A DNA stretch of 64,000 nt from an uncultured Gemmatimonadales bacterium (lineage in GTDB: Bacteria > Gemmatimonadota > Gemmatimonadetes > Gemmatimonadales > GWC2-71-9): positions 192,001 through 256,000 of the forward strand of contig CAWJMT010000037.1 of assembly GCA_963844035.1 (NCBI GenBank). Direction: 5' to 3'. Positions 1 through 10,754 of this stretch are shown here, piece after piece (the stretch's first letter is position 1; each line of letters opens with the position of its first letter). The translations under genes and the position numbers were made by a program. The notes under the pieces were generated by a model. The model had not been told where the DNA came from. It made no database searches and saw nothing but the letters and a program-made list of their open reading frames with translations.

Positions 1-1285
1 GAGCCAACAAGTCGTGGCTTCAGGAGCTGCCCGATCCGGTCTCGAAGATCGCCTGGCACGCCTGGGTCGAGGTGCATCCCGACACTGCCGCCAAGTGGTC
101 GGTCACCGACGGCGATTTCCTGATGCTGCAATCACCCCATGGATCGGTGCGCGCGCCCGTCGCGGTCACCCCGGGCATCCGTCCCGACGTGATCGCCGTT
201 CCCACCGGGCAGGGGCATACGGCCTACGGCCGTTACGCGCAGGACCGATCGTTCAACGCGTTCGATCTGCTCTCGGCCGGTGCGAACGCCTACGGCGGCC
301 GCACCTTCACCGTCCGGGTGTCGACCCAGCGACCGGCGAGCATCGCTTCCTCGCCACCAGCTCAGGCGACCCCAGAGGGTTCGGCGGCGGCGAGGATATC
401 GTCAAGGTGCTCCCGGTCGCGGAGGCCGTGAAGCTCCACCCGGGCGAGAGCCATTTCCAGCATCGAGGAAGCTCCAGCAGTACGCGGAGCACGCCCTGGA
501 GGGTTGGGCGGAGGCGCAGCACAAGAAGGCGACCCTCGGGGACTACAAGGGCGATCATCCCCGCTGGGGGATGGCCGTGGACCTGGCGAAGTGCACCGGG
601 TGCTCGGCGTGCGTGACGGCGTGCTACGCGGAGAACAACCTTGCCACGGTCGGCGAAGACCTGTTCATGCGCCACCGCCAGATGAGCTGGCTGCGCATCG
701 AGCGGTACTGGCGCGGCGGCGAGCACGGCGAGCCGGTGCGCGGTGTCGTCGTCTCCGATGATGTGCCAGCAGTGCGAGATGGCGCCGTGCGAGCCCGTGT
801 GTCCGGTGTACGCCGCCTACCACACGCCCGACGGATTGAACGCCCAGGTGTACAATCGCTGCGTCGGCACGCGCTACTGTGCCAACAACTGCCCCTACAA
901 GGTGCGGTACTTCAACTGGTACGACTTCGCGGAGGTCGGTGGCGAATACGAGGCCTGGCCGTCGCCGCTCGAGTGGCAGCTCAACCCGGACGTCACGGTG
1001 CGCGAGAAGGGTGTGATGGAGAAGTGCACGTTCTGCGTGCAGCGCATCCGCGGCGCGCAGAATCAGGCCCGCCTGGGAGATCGCGCCGTGCAGGACGGCG
1101 ATATCACGCCGGCGTGCGCCCAGTCGTGCCCGTCGGATGCGATTGTGTTCGGCGACCTGCACGACGCCACGTCCCGCGTCGCCCAGCTGTCGGCGAATCC
1201 GCGCGGCTATCACGTGTTCGAGGCGCTCAACACCAAGCCGGCGGTTACCTATCTCGCGCGTGTCGTCCATGAACAGGAGGCCTGA
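1..1285 (+). CDS. actB: Alternative complex III subunit B (molybdopterin-oxidoreductase-like domain plus Fe-S domain); 5'-partial and frameshifted
   Basis: Molybdopterin dinucleotide-binding-like segment ([34 protein letters not shown]), then [47 protein letters not shown] and EKCTFC..CAQSCP, spread over ORFs 72-431, 280-1272 and 743-1285; followed by an NrfD-family gene. Confidence 0.9.
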
Positions 1286-1291
1286 GTAACG

Positions 1292-2653
1292 ATGGCGACG
1301 ACCACCGCACCGGAACACACTACGGAGACGCACGTCACGTACGATACCGTCACGAAGACGGTCATGCGGACGCTGGGCAATCCGGGGAAAGGCTACTACG
1401 CGCTGCTGGGCACGGCTGTGGGCATGCTCACGGTCGGCGTCATCTGCCTGCTGTACCTGCTGCGTTTCGGGTTGGGGCTCGCCGGGTACTCGATGCCGAC
1501 GTACTGGGCGATCTACATCACCTGCTTCGTGTTCTGGGTCGGTATCGCGCATTCGGGCACGCTGATTTCGGCGATTCTCTTCCTGTTCCGCGCCGGGATG
1601 GCGGACGGCGGTGTACCGCTGCGCCGAGATCATGACGGTGTTCGCCGTGATGACCGCCGGCCTGTTCCCGCTGATTCACATCGGCCGCCAGTGGTTCTTC
1701 TACTGGCTGGTCCCGTATCCCAACGAGCGCGGGCTGTGGCCCAACTTCAAGTCGCCGCTCGTGTGGGATGAGTTCGCGATCGGGACGTACTTCACCGTCT
1801 CGACCTGCTTCCTCATCATGGGCCTGATCCCCGACATCGCGGCGGTGCGCGACATGGCCACCGGGTGGCGCCGCAAGATGTACCAGCTCACGTCGCTCGG
1901 GTGGCGCGGCACCAACGAGCAGTGGCGCCACTACCGTCCGGCGTACCTCTACCTGGCGGCGCTCGCCACGCCGCTGGTGTTGTCGGTGCACAGCGTCGTG
2001 TCCTGGGACTTCGCGATGGCGCAGGTCCCCGGATGGCACGAAACGCTGTTCGCGCCCTACTTCGTGGCCGGCGCGATCTACTCGGGCTGCGCGATGGTGA
2101 TCACGCTGCTCGTGCCGTTACGCCACTACTTCCACCTGGAAGAGATCGTCACGATCCGCCACTTCGAGAACCTGTCGAAGTTGTGCCTCGCGACGGGCAT
2201 GATCGTGTGCTATGCGTACCGGTCGAGCACTTCATCGCGTGGTACGGCGGCCCGACGCCTGAGCGGGAGGCGTTCTTCTATCGCGCGTTCGGCAAGTTCT
2301 GGTGGGCCGGCTGGACGATGAACATCTGCAACGCGTTCCTGCCGTGGTTGCTCTGGTTCAAGAAGGTCCGCACCAACATCACGGCGCTGTTCGTCATCGC
2401 ATTCTTCGTGAACCTCGGGATGTGGATGGAGCGGTTCGTGATCATCGCGGTCCACCTGGCCGGCGAGCCGTTCAACAAGTTCGTCACGGCGGGCTACAAC
2501 GCCACGTGGGCCGACTGGGGAATCATGGTCGGGAGCTTCGGCTGGTTCTTCATGTGGTTCCTGCTCTTCGTCAAGAACTTCCCGTCGGTGTCGATCGCCG
2601 AAGTGAAGGAAGAGCTGCCGCCGCCGCAGCGCGCGACTGCGAGGCACGCGTGA
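1292..2653 (+). CDS. actC: ACIII subunit C, NrfD/polysulfide-reductase membrane protein (frameshifted)
   Basis: [64 protein letters not shown] across three frames. Confidence 0.9.
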
Positions 2654-3195
2654 CCCTCGCCAATCCCCTGGCCGCCATCTTCGCCCCTCCCCCGACGCCG
2701 GGCGTGCTCGCCGTCTTCGGCCATCTGGATTCGACGGTCAGCGCGATCGAAGAATTGAAGCGCAGCGGGCACCGGGACTTCACCGTGTACTCCCCGCTGC
2801 CGCGGCACGAACTGGAGCACGCCCTCGCCCAGCCGGTCAGTCCGGTGCGCGCCTACACGCTCGTCGGCGGAATCTCCGGATGCGCGATCGGTGCCTGGAT
2901 CTCGTTGTACATGTCCTGGGATTGGCCGTTGGTGGTGGGAGGCAAACCGATCGGGTCGGTTCCCCCCTACGTCGTCATCATGTTCGAAATGACGGTGCTG
3001 TTCGGCGCCCTGACGACGTTGCTCGGGATCGTCTTCAACGTGCTCCTGGCGGCACGGCAGCAGGGGACCATCGCGTATGACCCGCGCTTCACGAACGACA
3101 AGTTCGGCATCTTCGTCCCCGCCGATACGGCGCAGGCCGGCCGTGTGGAGACGCTCCTCAAAGGCTGCGGGGCGGAGGAGGTGCGACGTGGGTAA
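2650..3195 (+). CDS. actD: ACIII subunit D (DUF3341)
   Basis: GTG overlaps the actC stop; VYSPLP, DWPLVVGGKP, FEMTVLFGAL, YDPRFTNDKFGI. Confidence 0.88.
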   Translation: MTLANPLAAIFAPPPTPGVLAVFGHLDSTVSAIEELKRSGHRDFTVYSPLPRHELEHALAQPVSPVRAYTLVGGISGCAIGAWISLYMSWDWPLVVGGKPIGSVPPYVVIMFEMTVLFGALTTLLGIVFNVLLAARQQGTIAYDPRFTNDKFGIFVPADTAQAGRVETLLKGCGAEEVRRG

Positions 3196-3729
3196 GGGCG
3201 TGCTGGTCGCCGTGAGCGCGTTGCTGGCCCTGGCCTGTCAGCCGGAGGACGTCATCCACCGGTTCAGCTGGTTCGACAACATGATCAACCAGCGCAGCAT
3301 CAAGCCGTACTCCATGCCGCGCAATCCGGTGGAGGGGACCGTGCCCGTCACCGGTGCGCCGGTCGCGTTCGACGGCGAGACGGCCGACCGGATCACGAAC
3401 CCCCGCACGCGCACGTCGGCCTCGATCAACCGCGGGAAGATCGTCTACGAGACGTACTGCCTGATCTGCCACGGCGAGCGGCGGGAACGGCGACGGGCCC
3501 GATCTCCGCCGACGCGGGCGGACCGTTCGCCGGGATCGCCTCGCTCGTGAGCGATGACGCCAACCGGCGGACCGACGGATACCTCTTCGGGGTGATCGTG
3601 AACGCGCAAGCCATGGGACGCGCACTGATGCCCCGCTACGGCGACAAGATCCGCGGCACGGATCGGTGGGACCTCGTGAACTATGTCCGCACGCTGCAAG
3701 GACTCGCGCGCAGCGGAGGCGGACGATGA
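3188..3729 (+). CDS. actE: ACIII subunit E, monoheme cytochrome c lipoprotein (frameshifted)
   Basis: Lipobox LLALAC; CLICH heme motif; MPRYG axial Met region and DRWDLVNYVRTLQ in the second frame. Confidence 0.85.
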
Positions 3730-4940
3730 GCGCCGTGACCGTGTCGCGGGCGGAGCTCGCGGAGAAGGCACGCCGGGCGCCGGTCGGGACGTTCAACACC
3801 TATGGCGCCATCGCCGCCGCCATCGGCGGGGCGGCGTTCCTGTGGGCGCTCGCCGGCGGCAGTGCCGATCGCGCGTGGCAGGCCTACCACACGAACTTCG
3901 TCTTCTGGACCGTCATCGCCCAGGCGCTGGTCGTATTCGCCGCGACGCAGAAGCTCGCCAAGGGACATTGGGCCGGCCTGATGATCCGGTTTGCCGAGGC
4001 CGCGGTCGCGTTCCAGTTCGTCGCGATCGTGCTGTTCGTCGGGCTGTTCCTGGGACGCGTCCATTTGTTCGGGTGGCTGCGCGGCGTGCCGCGGGACTAC
4101 CTCGGCTCCTGGTTTACGACCGGACCGTTCTTCATCCGCAACGGGCTCATCCTGGTGTTGCTCGCCTGGGTCTCCTGGCGGTTCGTGCGCCGCGACCTGG
4201 CTCCCGATATCCGCGAGCTCGCTGAAAAGCGACCCATCGATCCCGACGCGCACGAAAAGGGACTCATCAGCCGCGAAGCGGCGATCCTGGTACTCTCGTA
4301 CGCCTTCGGCTATTCGCTGCTCGCGTTCGACTTCGTCGTGTCGCTCAACCACAAATGGATGAGCAACCTGTACGGCGCCTTCTACTTCATGGGTGGCTTC
4401 CTGGGCGCGCTCGGGACCCTGGCCATCCTGTCGGTCAGTTTGCGTCGCGCGATGGGACTCGACGGTCTGCTGTCCACCAAGCAGCTGCACGACCTCGGCA
4501 AACTACTGTTCGGATTTACGGTGTTCTGGGGCTACCTGATGTGGTCGCAGTTCCTCGTGATCTGGTACGGCAACATGCCCGAGGAGACGTACTTCGTCTG
4601 GTATCGCCTGTGGGGCGCGTGGCGGCCCGTGGGTGCGACGGTGTTCGTGATGGTGTTCGTGACCCCGTTCCTCGGGTTGCTGGGCGCCAAACCGAAGAAG
4701 TTCCCGCCCACCCTGGTGGGCTTCGCGTTGATCAGCCTGACCGGACTGTGGCTCGAGCGCTACCTGGAGGTGGTGCCGTCCGTGAGCGCGGGCGCCGGTC
4801 CCGCCATCGGCGTGCCGGAAATCGGCGCCACCCTGCTGTTCGGGGGCCTGTTCCTCCTGTCGCTCGGCTGGTTTGCGGGACGCTATCCCATGCTTTCGCC
4901 CAGGCTCGCCGCCGATACGCTGGAGCGCGAGGCGCACTAG
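3726..4940 (+). CDS. actF: ACIII subunit F, multi-pass membrane protein
   Basis: HDLGKLLFGFTVFWGYLMWSQFLVIWYGNMPEE motif; operon position after actE. Confidence 0.88.
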   Translation: MSAVTVSRAELAEKARRAPVGTFNTYGAIAAAIGGAAFLWALAGGSADRAWQAYHTNFVFWTVIAQALVVFAATQKLAKGHWAGLMIRFAEAAVAFQFVAIVLFVGLFLGRVHLFGWLRGVPRDYLGSWFTTGPFFIRNGLILVLLAWVSWRFVRRDLAPDIRELAEKRPIDPDAHEKGLISREAAILVLSYAFGYSLLAFDFVVSLNHKWMSNLYGAFYFMGGFLGALGTLAILSVSLRRAMGLDGLLSTKQLHDLGKLLFGFTVFWGYLMWSQFLVIWYGNMPEETYFVWYRLWGAWRPVGATVFVMVFVTPFLGLLGAKPKKFPPTLVGFALISLTGLWLERYLEVVPSVSAGAGPAIGVPEIGATLLFGGLFLLSLGWFAGRYPMLSPRLAADTLEREAH

Positions 4941-5041
4941 CCTGCGCCCAAGGCGGGCGACGGCTCTTTCCGAGACTACACGGGTAGTAGGTGAGCGCCT
5001 AGATTAGGTTCTGGGCCTCCACGTACCAACCCGGAGATGTC

Positions 5042-5536
5042 ATGCGATTACAGTTGTTGATGCTGGCGGGAGTCCTGTCGCTGGTGGCGTGTTTGCCGCT
5101 CAGCGACTCCGCAAACTCGGGCAACAACATCTACGTCAGCAATTTCGCTTTCAATCCTGTGCTCGACAGCGGCACCGCGGACAAGAACGACACGCTCGTC
5201 GTGACGTTCCGCTGGGCCGATTCGGCCACGGGCATTGGGCACTCGATCGTGTGGGATTCGGGGCCGCCGCCGACCCCGCCGAACACCGGAGTCATCTACT
5301 CGGGATTCCAGACGTACATTCTCACACCCGGGCGATACTACTACCATTGCGGTGTACACGGCGAAAACTTCGGTATGTACGGGGTGATCGACGTCATCGC
5401 GTTCGGCACGCCGACGATGAGCAGGGTGACGGATTCCCGTCGCTCGCTTCCCGAACTCGTTACTCGACCGAGTCCAGCAGTCGTGCCAGAGCGTCCGCGG
5501 CGAGCGGGCCGGCGATCTCAACCCGCAGCGAGCTGA
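5042..5536 (+). CDS. Cupredoxin (plastocyanin/azurin-like) lipoprotein
   Basis: Lipobox LVAC; NFAFNP; GHSIVW; PGRYYYHCGVHGENFGMYGVI gives a type-1 Cu ligand set (His, Cys, His, Met). Confidence 0.75.
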   Translation: MRLQLLMLAGVLSLVACLPLSDSANSGNNIYVSNFAFNPVLDSGTADKNDTLVVTFRWADSATGIGHSIVWDSGPPPTPPNTGVIYSGFQTYILTPGRYYYHCGVHGENFGMYGVIDVIAFGTPTMSRVTDSRRSLPELVTRPSPAVVPERPRRAGRRSQPAAS

Positions 5537-6374
5537 CGTAGCGCGCCTGTTTCTCCTCATGTAACGCCGCGCTCGCGCTAGCACTCGGAGCCGCGCGAGC
5601 GCGGCCGGACGAAGGTGGGGCGGCGTCGACCCGCCCCATGCTGATCGCCCGGGTCTCGTACAAGCGAATCACAATCCCGGGTTTCCACTCCTGCTCGATC
5701 AGCACCACGCCATCGCCGGCCGGACTGCGGGCCATGCGACGCACGGCCACTCCGGGCAGCACCGCCGGGGCTCGGCCGAGTAAGGCGTGAGCGCCGTCGG
5801 CGTCGAGCGCCGGCCATGCGGCCACCTCGTCGCGCGGCACCGCGAGCTCGGCGGCAGCCGCTGGACGAACATCTTCCTCGCGGCCAGCCACGGCCGCGGG
5901 TGGCGCTGCAGCGCGCCGCTCGGCTGAACGCTGCAGCGGCGCGACCGCGGGCGGCGTCTGGGCGATCGGCGCGCGTTTTGCCTTCGCCGCCCCTGTCGCC
6001 GGGGCCTGATCGACCGGAGCAGGAGCTTCCGTCGCGACCTGGATCGCCGAGTTCGCCAGCTCGGTCGCCACCCGCTTTCCTTGCGCATACCACCCGGCCA
6101 CAAACGCGATCGTCACCGTCGCCGCCCATGCGGCGGGGATGCGCCACCCCGGCGCGTGTGAGCGCCGCGCTGCGGGGAAGGCAGGCAACGCGCGCTTGGG
6201 AGGAGTGGCCCGCGCCAGCAGCTCGCTCGCGCGAGCCACCAGCGCGCGCGCTTCCTCGAGACGCGCGCGACACGCGGCGCACTCCCCCAGGTGGGCGAGG
6301 ACCTGGTCTCGCTCGGCGCCGTCCAGCTCACCGTCGAGATAGGTGTGCAGCAGCCCTTCATCGACGTGCGACAT
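5460..6374 (-). CDS. Anti-sigma factor with zf-HC2 zinc finger and one TM helix
   Basis: MSHVDEGLLHTYLDGEL..HLGECAAC (HxxxCxxC); TM WAATVTIAFVAGWY; directly downstream of an ECF sigma gene. Confidence 0.85.
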   Translation of the reverse strand: MSHVDEGLLHTYLDGELDGAERDQVLAHLGECAACRARLEEARALVARASELLARATPPKRALPAFPAARRSHAPGWRIPAAWAATVTIAFVAGWYAQGKRVATELANSAIQVATEAPAPVDQAPATGAAKAKRAPIAQTPPAVAPLQRSAERRAAAPPAAVAGREEDVRPAAAAELAVPRDEVAAWPALDADGAHALLGRAPAVLPGVAVRRMARSPAGDGVVLIEQEWKPGIVIRLYETRAISMGRVDAAPPSSGRARAAPSASASAALHEEKQARYVSSLRVEIAGPLAADALARLLDSVE

Positions 6375-6861
6375 GATTCTCCTTGCCTCCGGACTCATGG
6401 GCTTCCACCAGGCGGCGCCGGGCCCGTGCCAGCGTCGTGCCCACCGCCGCGCGCGCGAGGCCGGTCTGCGCGGCGATCTCGTCGTACGAAAGCTCCGCGT
6501 CCCACAACAACAACACCTCGCGGTCGCGCGGCGTGAGCTGCTCGAGCGCCGCCTGAAGGCGCGACCGCTCGTCTTCGTCGTGCATCCGCGCGTCGGACGC
6601 CGGTGCGGTGGGCGGGGGCTCACTCTTCAGCAGGGTGAGGTGCCGCCGTTCGCGGGCCGCACGCCGGGCGTCGTCCCGCGCCATGTTCGCGGCGACGATG
6701 AACAACCATCCCCGAGGATTGGTCGGGCGATGGACGAGCGCCCGGGCAAACGCTTCCTGCGCGAGATCCTCCGCGCGGTCCGGGTCCCAGACCTTGCGGT
6801 ACAGGAAGCGCACCAGCGCCTGGTACGTCGTGCGAAATACTTCGGCTAGCTCGTCGGCCAT
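6358..6861 (-). CDS. ECF-family RNA polymerase sigma-70 factor
   Basis: AEDLAQEAF region 2; LSYDEIAAQTGL..VGTTLARARRRL region 4. Confidence 0.92.
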   Translation of the reverse strand: MADELAEVFRTTYQALVRFLYRKVWDPDRAEDLAQEAFARALVHRPTNPRGWLFIVAANMARDDARRAARERRHLTLLKSEPPPTAPASDARMHDEDERSRLQAALEQLTPRDREVLLLWDAELSYDEIAAQTGLARAAVGTTLARARRRLVEAHESGGKENHVARR

Positions 6862-6868
6862 GGGCTAG

Positions 6869-6953
6869 TGCGGAATGTGGAGTGCGGAGTGCGGAATGAC
6901 GAGACATTTCACAATGCCGCAGTCGCTCCGCATTCCGCACTCCACAATCCGCA
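6869..6953. repeat. Intergenic inverted array of heptamers (4x TGYGGAR, spacer, 4x reverse complement)
   Basis: TGCGGAA TGTGGAG TGCGGAG TGCGGAA (6869-6896) ... CTCCGCA TTCCGCA CTCCACA ATCCGCA (6926-6953). Confidence 0.85.
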
Positions 6954-6959
6954 TTGGAA

Positions 6960-9123
6960 TCAGCTCCTGAAGTCCCGAACCAGCGCGTCCAGCTCTCCGG
7001 TGCTCCAGCTGGTCTTGCCCCGCGCACCAATCTTGATGCTCACGCGCCGTCCCGCCACGACGACCGCGGGGTCGAGCGCCGCCGACTTCACCATCTCGGG
7101 GAGGGCCCGCATCAGGGCGAAGTAGGCCTCACTGAACGCTTCAACCGCGACCACCGGCAACGAATCGCCGTGCCGGAGGTCGGTCCAGACGCTGTCGCGC
7201 CACACGAACACCCGGCCTCCCACCTGCTTGGTCCGGGCCGCCCCCATTCCGCCTCTGGTGGCCTGGTCGAGCTCGAGCGCCTCAGCGGCGACCGCCGTGC
7301 TTGCCGCCTGGGCATCGCGCCGCGCCTTGGCGACCGACGGAGCGCCGAACTGCTGCGACGGGCGCCGGGACGGGGCTCATTGACCGCTCGAGCTGACGTT
7401 GCGCGACGACGCCCGGTTCCTGCACCAGGTAGGCCGTGTACTCGGTGAGGATCCCGTAGCGGAGCGCCAGGTCCCTGAGCTCCTTCATTACCTCGGGGGT
7501 CTGGCCGTGGAGCCGGATCTCGCGGCCCAGGGCGCCGGCTTTGCGCGCGGCCCACAGGTGCGCGACGTAGTCGGTCCCGGCGGGGGCGTCCCCGGTGGTG
7601 CGGGTCGTGAACCGCTGCTCGCGGCTGGCGCGGCGGCCGGTCACGGTGACTCCCCAGGAGCCGCTACCGTAGCTGCGATATCGCCCCAGGACGACCATCT
7701 CATCACCGGCGAACAGGTCCGGCAGGTTGCCGGGCTGAAGGTCGTACAGCTCGACCCCGTCGCCCGAAAGCGCGAGGTCGGTCAGGACCGGGCTCGCGAT
7801 CTTGGCCGTGAGCGAACCGACGGCGGCTTCGATGCTGCGCGCCCTGTCCCACGTATTCCGTCGTGCCGCGGGCCCGCTCGGTCAGCCGGTCGAGCAGGTA
7901 GGTGTTGACGTCATACCCGATGCCGAAGGAAAAGACGCGGAACTGTCCGCGATTCCGGTCGGCCGCATCGGCGATCCGTTCGGGATTCGTCTCGCTGACG
8001 GTGGGGAGGCCGTCGGTGAGGAAGACCACGACGCCGAGCGATCCCTCGGCCGGGGCGGCGGCGAACGCCTCGGTCAGGGCGCCCGCGATGTTGGTACCGC
8101 CTTCCGCCGTGAGCGAGCGGACCCAGTCCTGCGCATCGCGCACGTTGTCTGGAGTCACCTCCCGCCAACCGGAGGAATGGCGTACGCACGGTGCTCGAGA
8201 ACGCGATCAGCCGGAACCGGTCCCCCGAGCGCAGCGCGCCGACGAGCTGCACCAGCGCTGCCTTCGCCTGGTTGAGCTTCTCCCCCGACATGGAGCCGGA
8301 GACGTCGAGCACCGCGACCAGGTCGCGCCGCAGCGTTCGCTCGGTCACCTGACCCGGCGCCACCAGGACCATGAAGAACCCATCCCGCTCGCTGCCCGGC
8401 CGGTGTGTAATGAGGGACATCCCCACGAGCCCGCGGGTGAGCGGCAACAGGACCTCGAGGTCGCCGCTCCAGGTCGCGTCCGCCAGCGTCACCTCCATCT
8501 GGTCGCCCCGGCGCACGGCGGTGACGCGGTGCGTGGGCGAATAGGGCTCGCCGATCCGGCTGGCGCTATCGATCTGCATGTGAAAGCTGCGCGGCGTCGC
8601 ATCGGCACCGCTCGCATAGCGCAGCCGCCACGCGTCGCCTAAGCGATCCAGGACCTGGATGTAGCGCAGGGTGATCTTGCGAGTCTCGCCGGGGCCGATC
8701 GGAAAGACGCGGGCGCGGATCATGCCGTGCCCGGCCAGCTCAATCAGGGCCGGGTCGCGCTTTTGCCGGACGATCGCCTCGTAGATGGAGCGCGCTTGCG
8801 TCGCGTCCATCATTTCCCCTTTCAGCTCCTGATCTCCCTGCCACAGGGAGTATTCGCTGAATACGGCCTCGCCAGGGAGCGGATAGACGTAGCTCCCTTC
8901 ACCCATGATCGGGCCGGTGTTGCGAAACCACTCTTCGACGGTGACGCGCGCCACGCGTCCGCTGACCGCGACCTGCACGGCGCTGCGCAGCTTTTCGATG
9001 CGTCCGCCCGGGACGGGGCGAATGGGCTCGATCCAGCCCTGGCCGGCGACGCGCCGCGGGCAACGTGATACACGTCACGAGCAGCGCACAGGCTGCCCGG
9101 CTCAACACGATCAATCGGGACAC
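6960..9123 (-). CDS. VIT and vWA domain secreted protein (several frameshifts)
   Basis: VIT-like EGSYVYPLP..ARSIYEAIVRQKRDPALIE..ARVFPI; MIDAS DVSGS; FLTDGLPT; FGIGYDVNTYLLD; YGILTEYTAYLV. Confidence 0.85.
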
Positions 9124-9245
9124 AATATCTGCTCCAGTACGAGGTGCCATGAGAGACGTTCGAGGGGGCGGATATTGCACAGGGTTGCGGAAACGGCGCG
9201 TGGGGGTTTCATACTTGCGCCCAACACGAACTGAGATCGCCGCAC

Positions 9246-9575
9246 GTGCCGCGTTACACGTTCCACCGCGTCTCCGCGCTTCCCGCCACGGACGAAGGGC
9301 TCCGGCGCTACGTCGAGCTGAGCGGCTCCGACGGGCTCTCGGGCGTGACCATCCGCCGCACCGTGATGCAGCCGGGGGCGGTGATCCCGGTCGCGGTTGA
9401 GGACGTCGGCCAGCTGTTCGTCACGATCTCGGGGCGCGGGGTGATGCTGCTCGACGGCGCCCGTATCGAAGTGTCAGCCAACGAGGTGGTCTTCGTGCAA
9501 CCGGGGTGCCCGTGCGGGCTCCAGACCCTCGGCGGGTCGGCCTGGACCTATCTGCTGCTCCAGTCGGGCGGCTGA
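9246..9575 (+). CDS. Small cupin-domain protein
   Basis: MQPGAVIP..QLFVTISGRGVMLLDG..VSANEVVFVQPG cupin pattern; the metal-binding His residues are absent. Confidence 0.65.
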   Translation: MPRYTFHRVSALPATDEGLRRYVELSGSDGLSGVTIRRTVMQPGAVIPVAVEDVGQLFVTISGRGVMLLDGARIEVSANEVVFVQPGCPCGLQTLGGSAWTYLLLQSGG

Positions 9576-9582
9576 AGCGCGC

Positions 9583-10754
9583 TCAGCCCGTTCCCACCGC
9601 GCACTGGTTGGGTCCCGCCTCGGCCGCTTCCAGTTCCTCACCGTCCAAATCGAGCAACCCCAGGTTGACCAGCTTCAGGGTGCGGTAGATCTCCGGGGGC
9701 GGGGCATCGTGCTCCGCCAGCCAGCGCCAGAAACGCTCCCTCATCTAAGACCGCCGCGGCCGTGTTGGTCGCGCGGATCACGTCGAAACGGGCCCCGACG
9801 CGTGCGGTCGGGCCGTCGCTCGGACTCGGCGGCGTAGTGCGCCGGGAGCACGAGCAGATCGTCCGCCCAGCGGTGCCGCACCGCCTCGAGACTGCGCCAC
9901 AGGAGGCGTGCCCAGGCATCGCGCGCTCCGCCCAGGTCCGGGCGTCCCACCGATTGCACGAACATGAAGTCGCCCGTGAACGCGAGATCCTGGTCCGCCA
10001 GCAGCGCGATGCTTCCCAGCGTGTGTCCGGGAACGTGCTCGGCGCGCAGCGTAGCGCGTCCGAACGCGATGGTATCGCCCGCCGCCAGGGGCTGAAAGTC
10101 GAAACGCCCGTCGGTGCCGTCAAACGGCGAGCGGGCGTCTTCGGGGTGGAGGAAGTAGGGGACACCCCACCGCCGGGCGGCGGCCCGGGCGCCGCTGGCG
10201 TAGTCGGCGTGCATGTGCGTGTCGATCACCGCGGCAGGAGTGGCGCCGAGCCCGTCCAGCACCGCTTCGTAGCGCTCGAGATGCCTCCCGGGATCGATCA
10301 GCACCGCGTCGCGGTCGCTCGCGAGTACGTAGCTGAGCGCACGCTTGCCGACGCGGTCGAACTGTACGACGTGCTCGAGGGTTGGGGTGGGGGACAGGCT
10401 CCGCGGGATGTACACGGCATCCCACGCCGCGAGGCCCCCGGCCACTGAGTACGCGTCTACGCCCTTCTCCCGCAGCAGCGCCATCGTCCGGCTGCTCGAG
10501 TTGCCATGTCCGCACACCACGAACACCTCCCGGCGCGTATCGAGGCCGAGGATGTCGAGCGACGGCAGACGCTCGATTTGCGACGCGGGCAAGGTGTGAA
10601 AGTCCAGCTTGTCCCCGAAGGTGATGTGGCCGCGGGCGACGCTGGCCGGGGATCGCACGTCCAGGACTTGGACCGGTTCGCCGCGATCGAGTCTTCGCGC
10701 GAGTTCGTCGGCGGGAATGTCGTGCGCCCCCGTCTCACCAGACCGCGGCTTCAC
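9583..10754 (-). CDS. Rhodanese plus MBL-fold metallohydrolase fusion (persulfide dioxygenase-like); frameshifted near the 3' end
   Basis: VLDVR, VCGHGNSS and GGLAAW rhodanese motifs; DTHMHADY, PGHT, FTGD..VGRPDL, PAH; C-terminal GPNQCA in another frame. Confidence 0.85.

Noticed and set aside
6869..6953. CRISPR array (also considered for 58967-59033 and 62727-62808)
   Set aside because: Units are 7-8 bp with no unique spacers, and no cas genes are in the window
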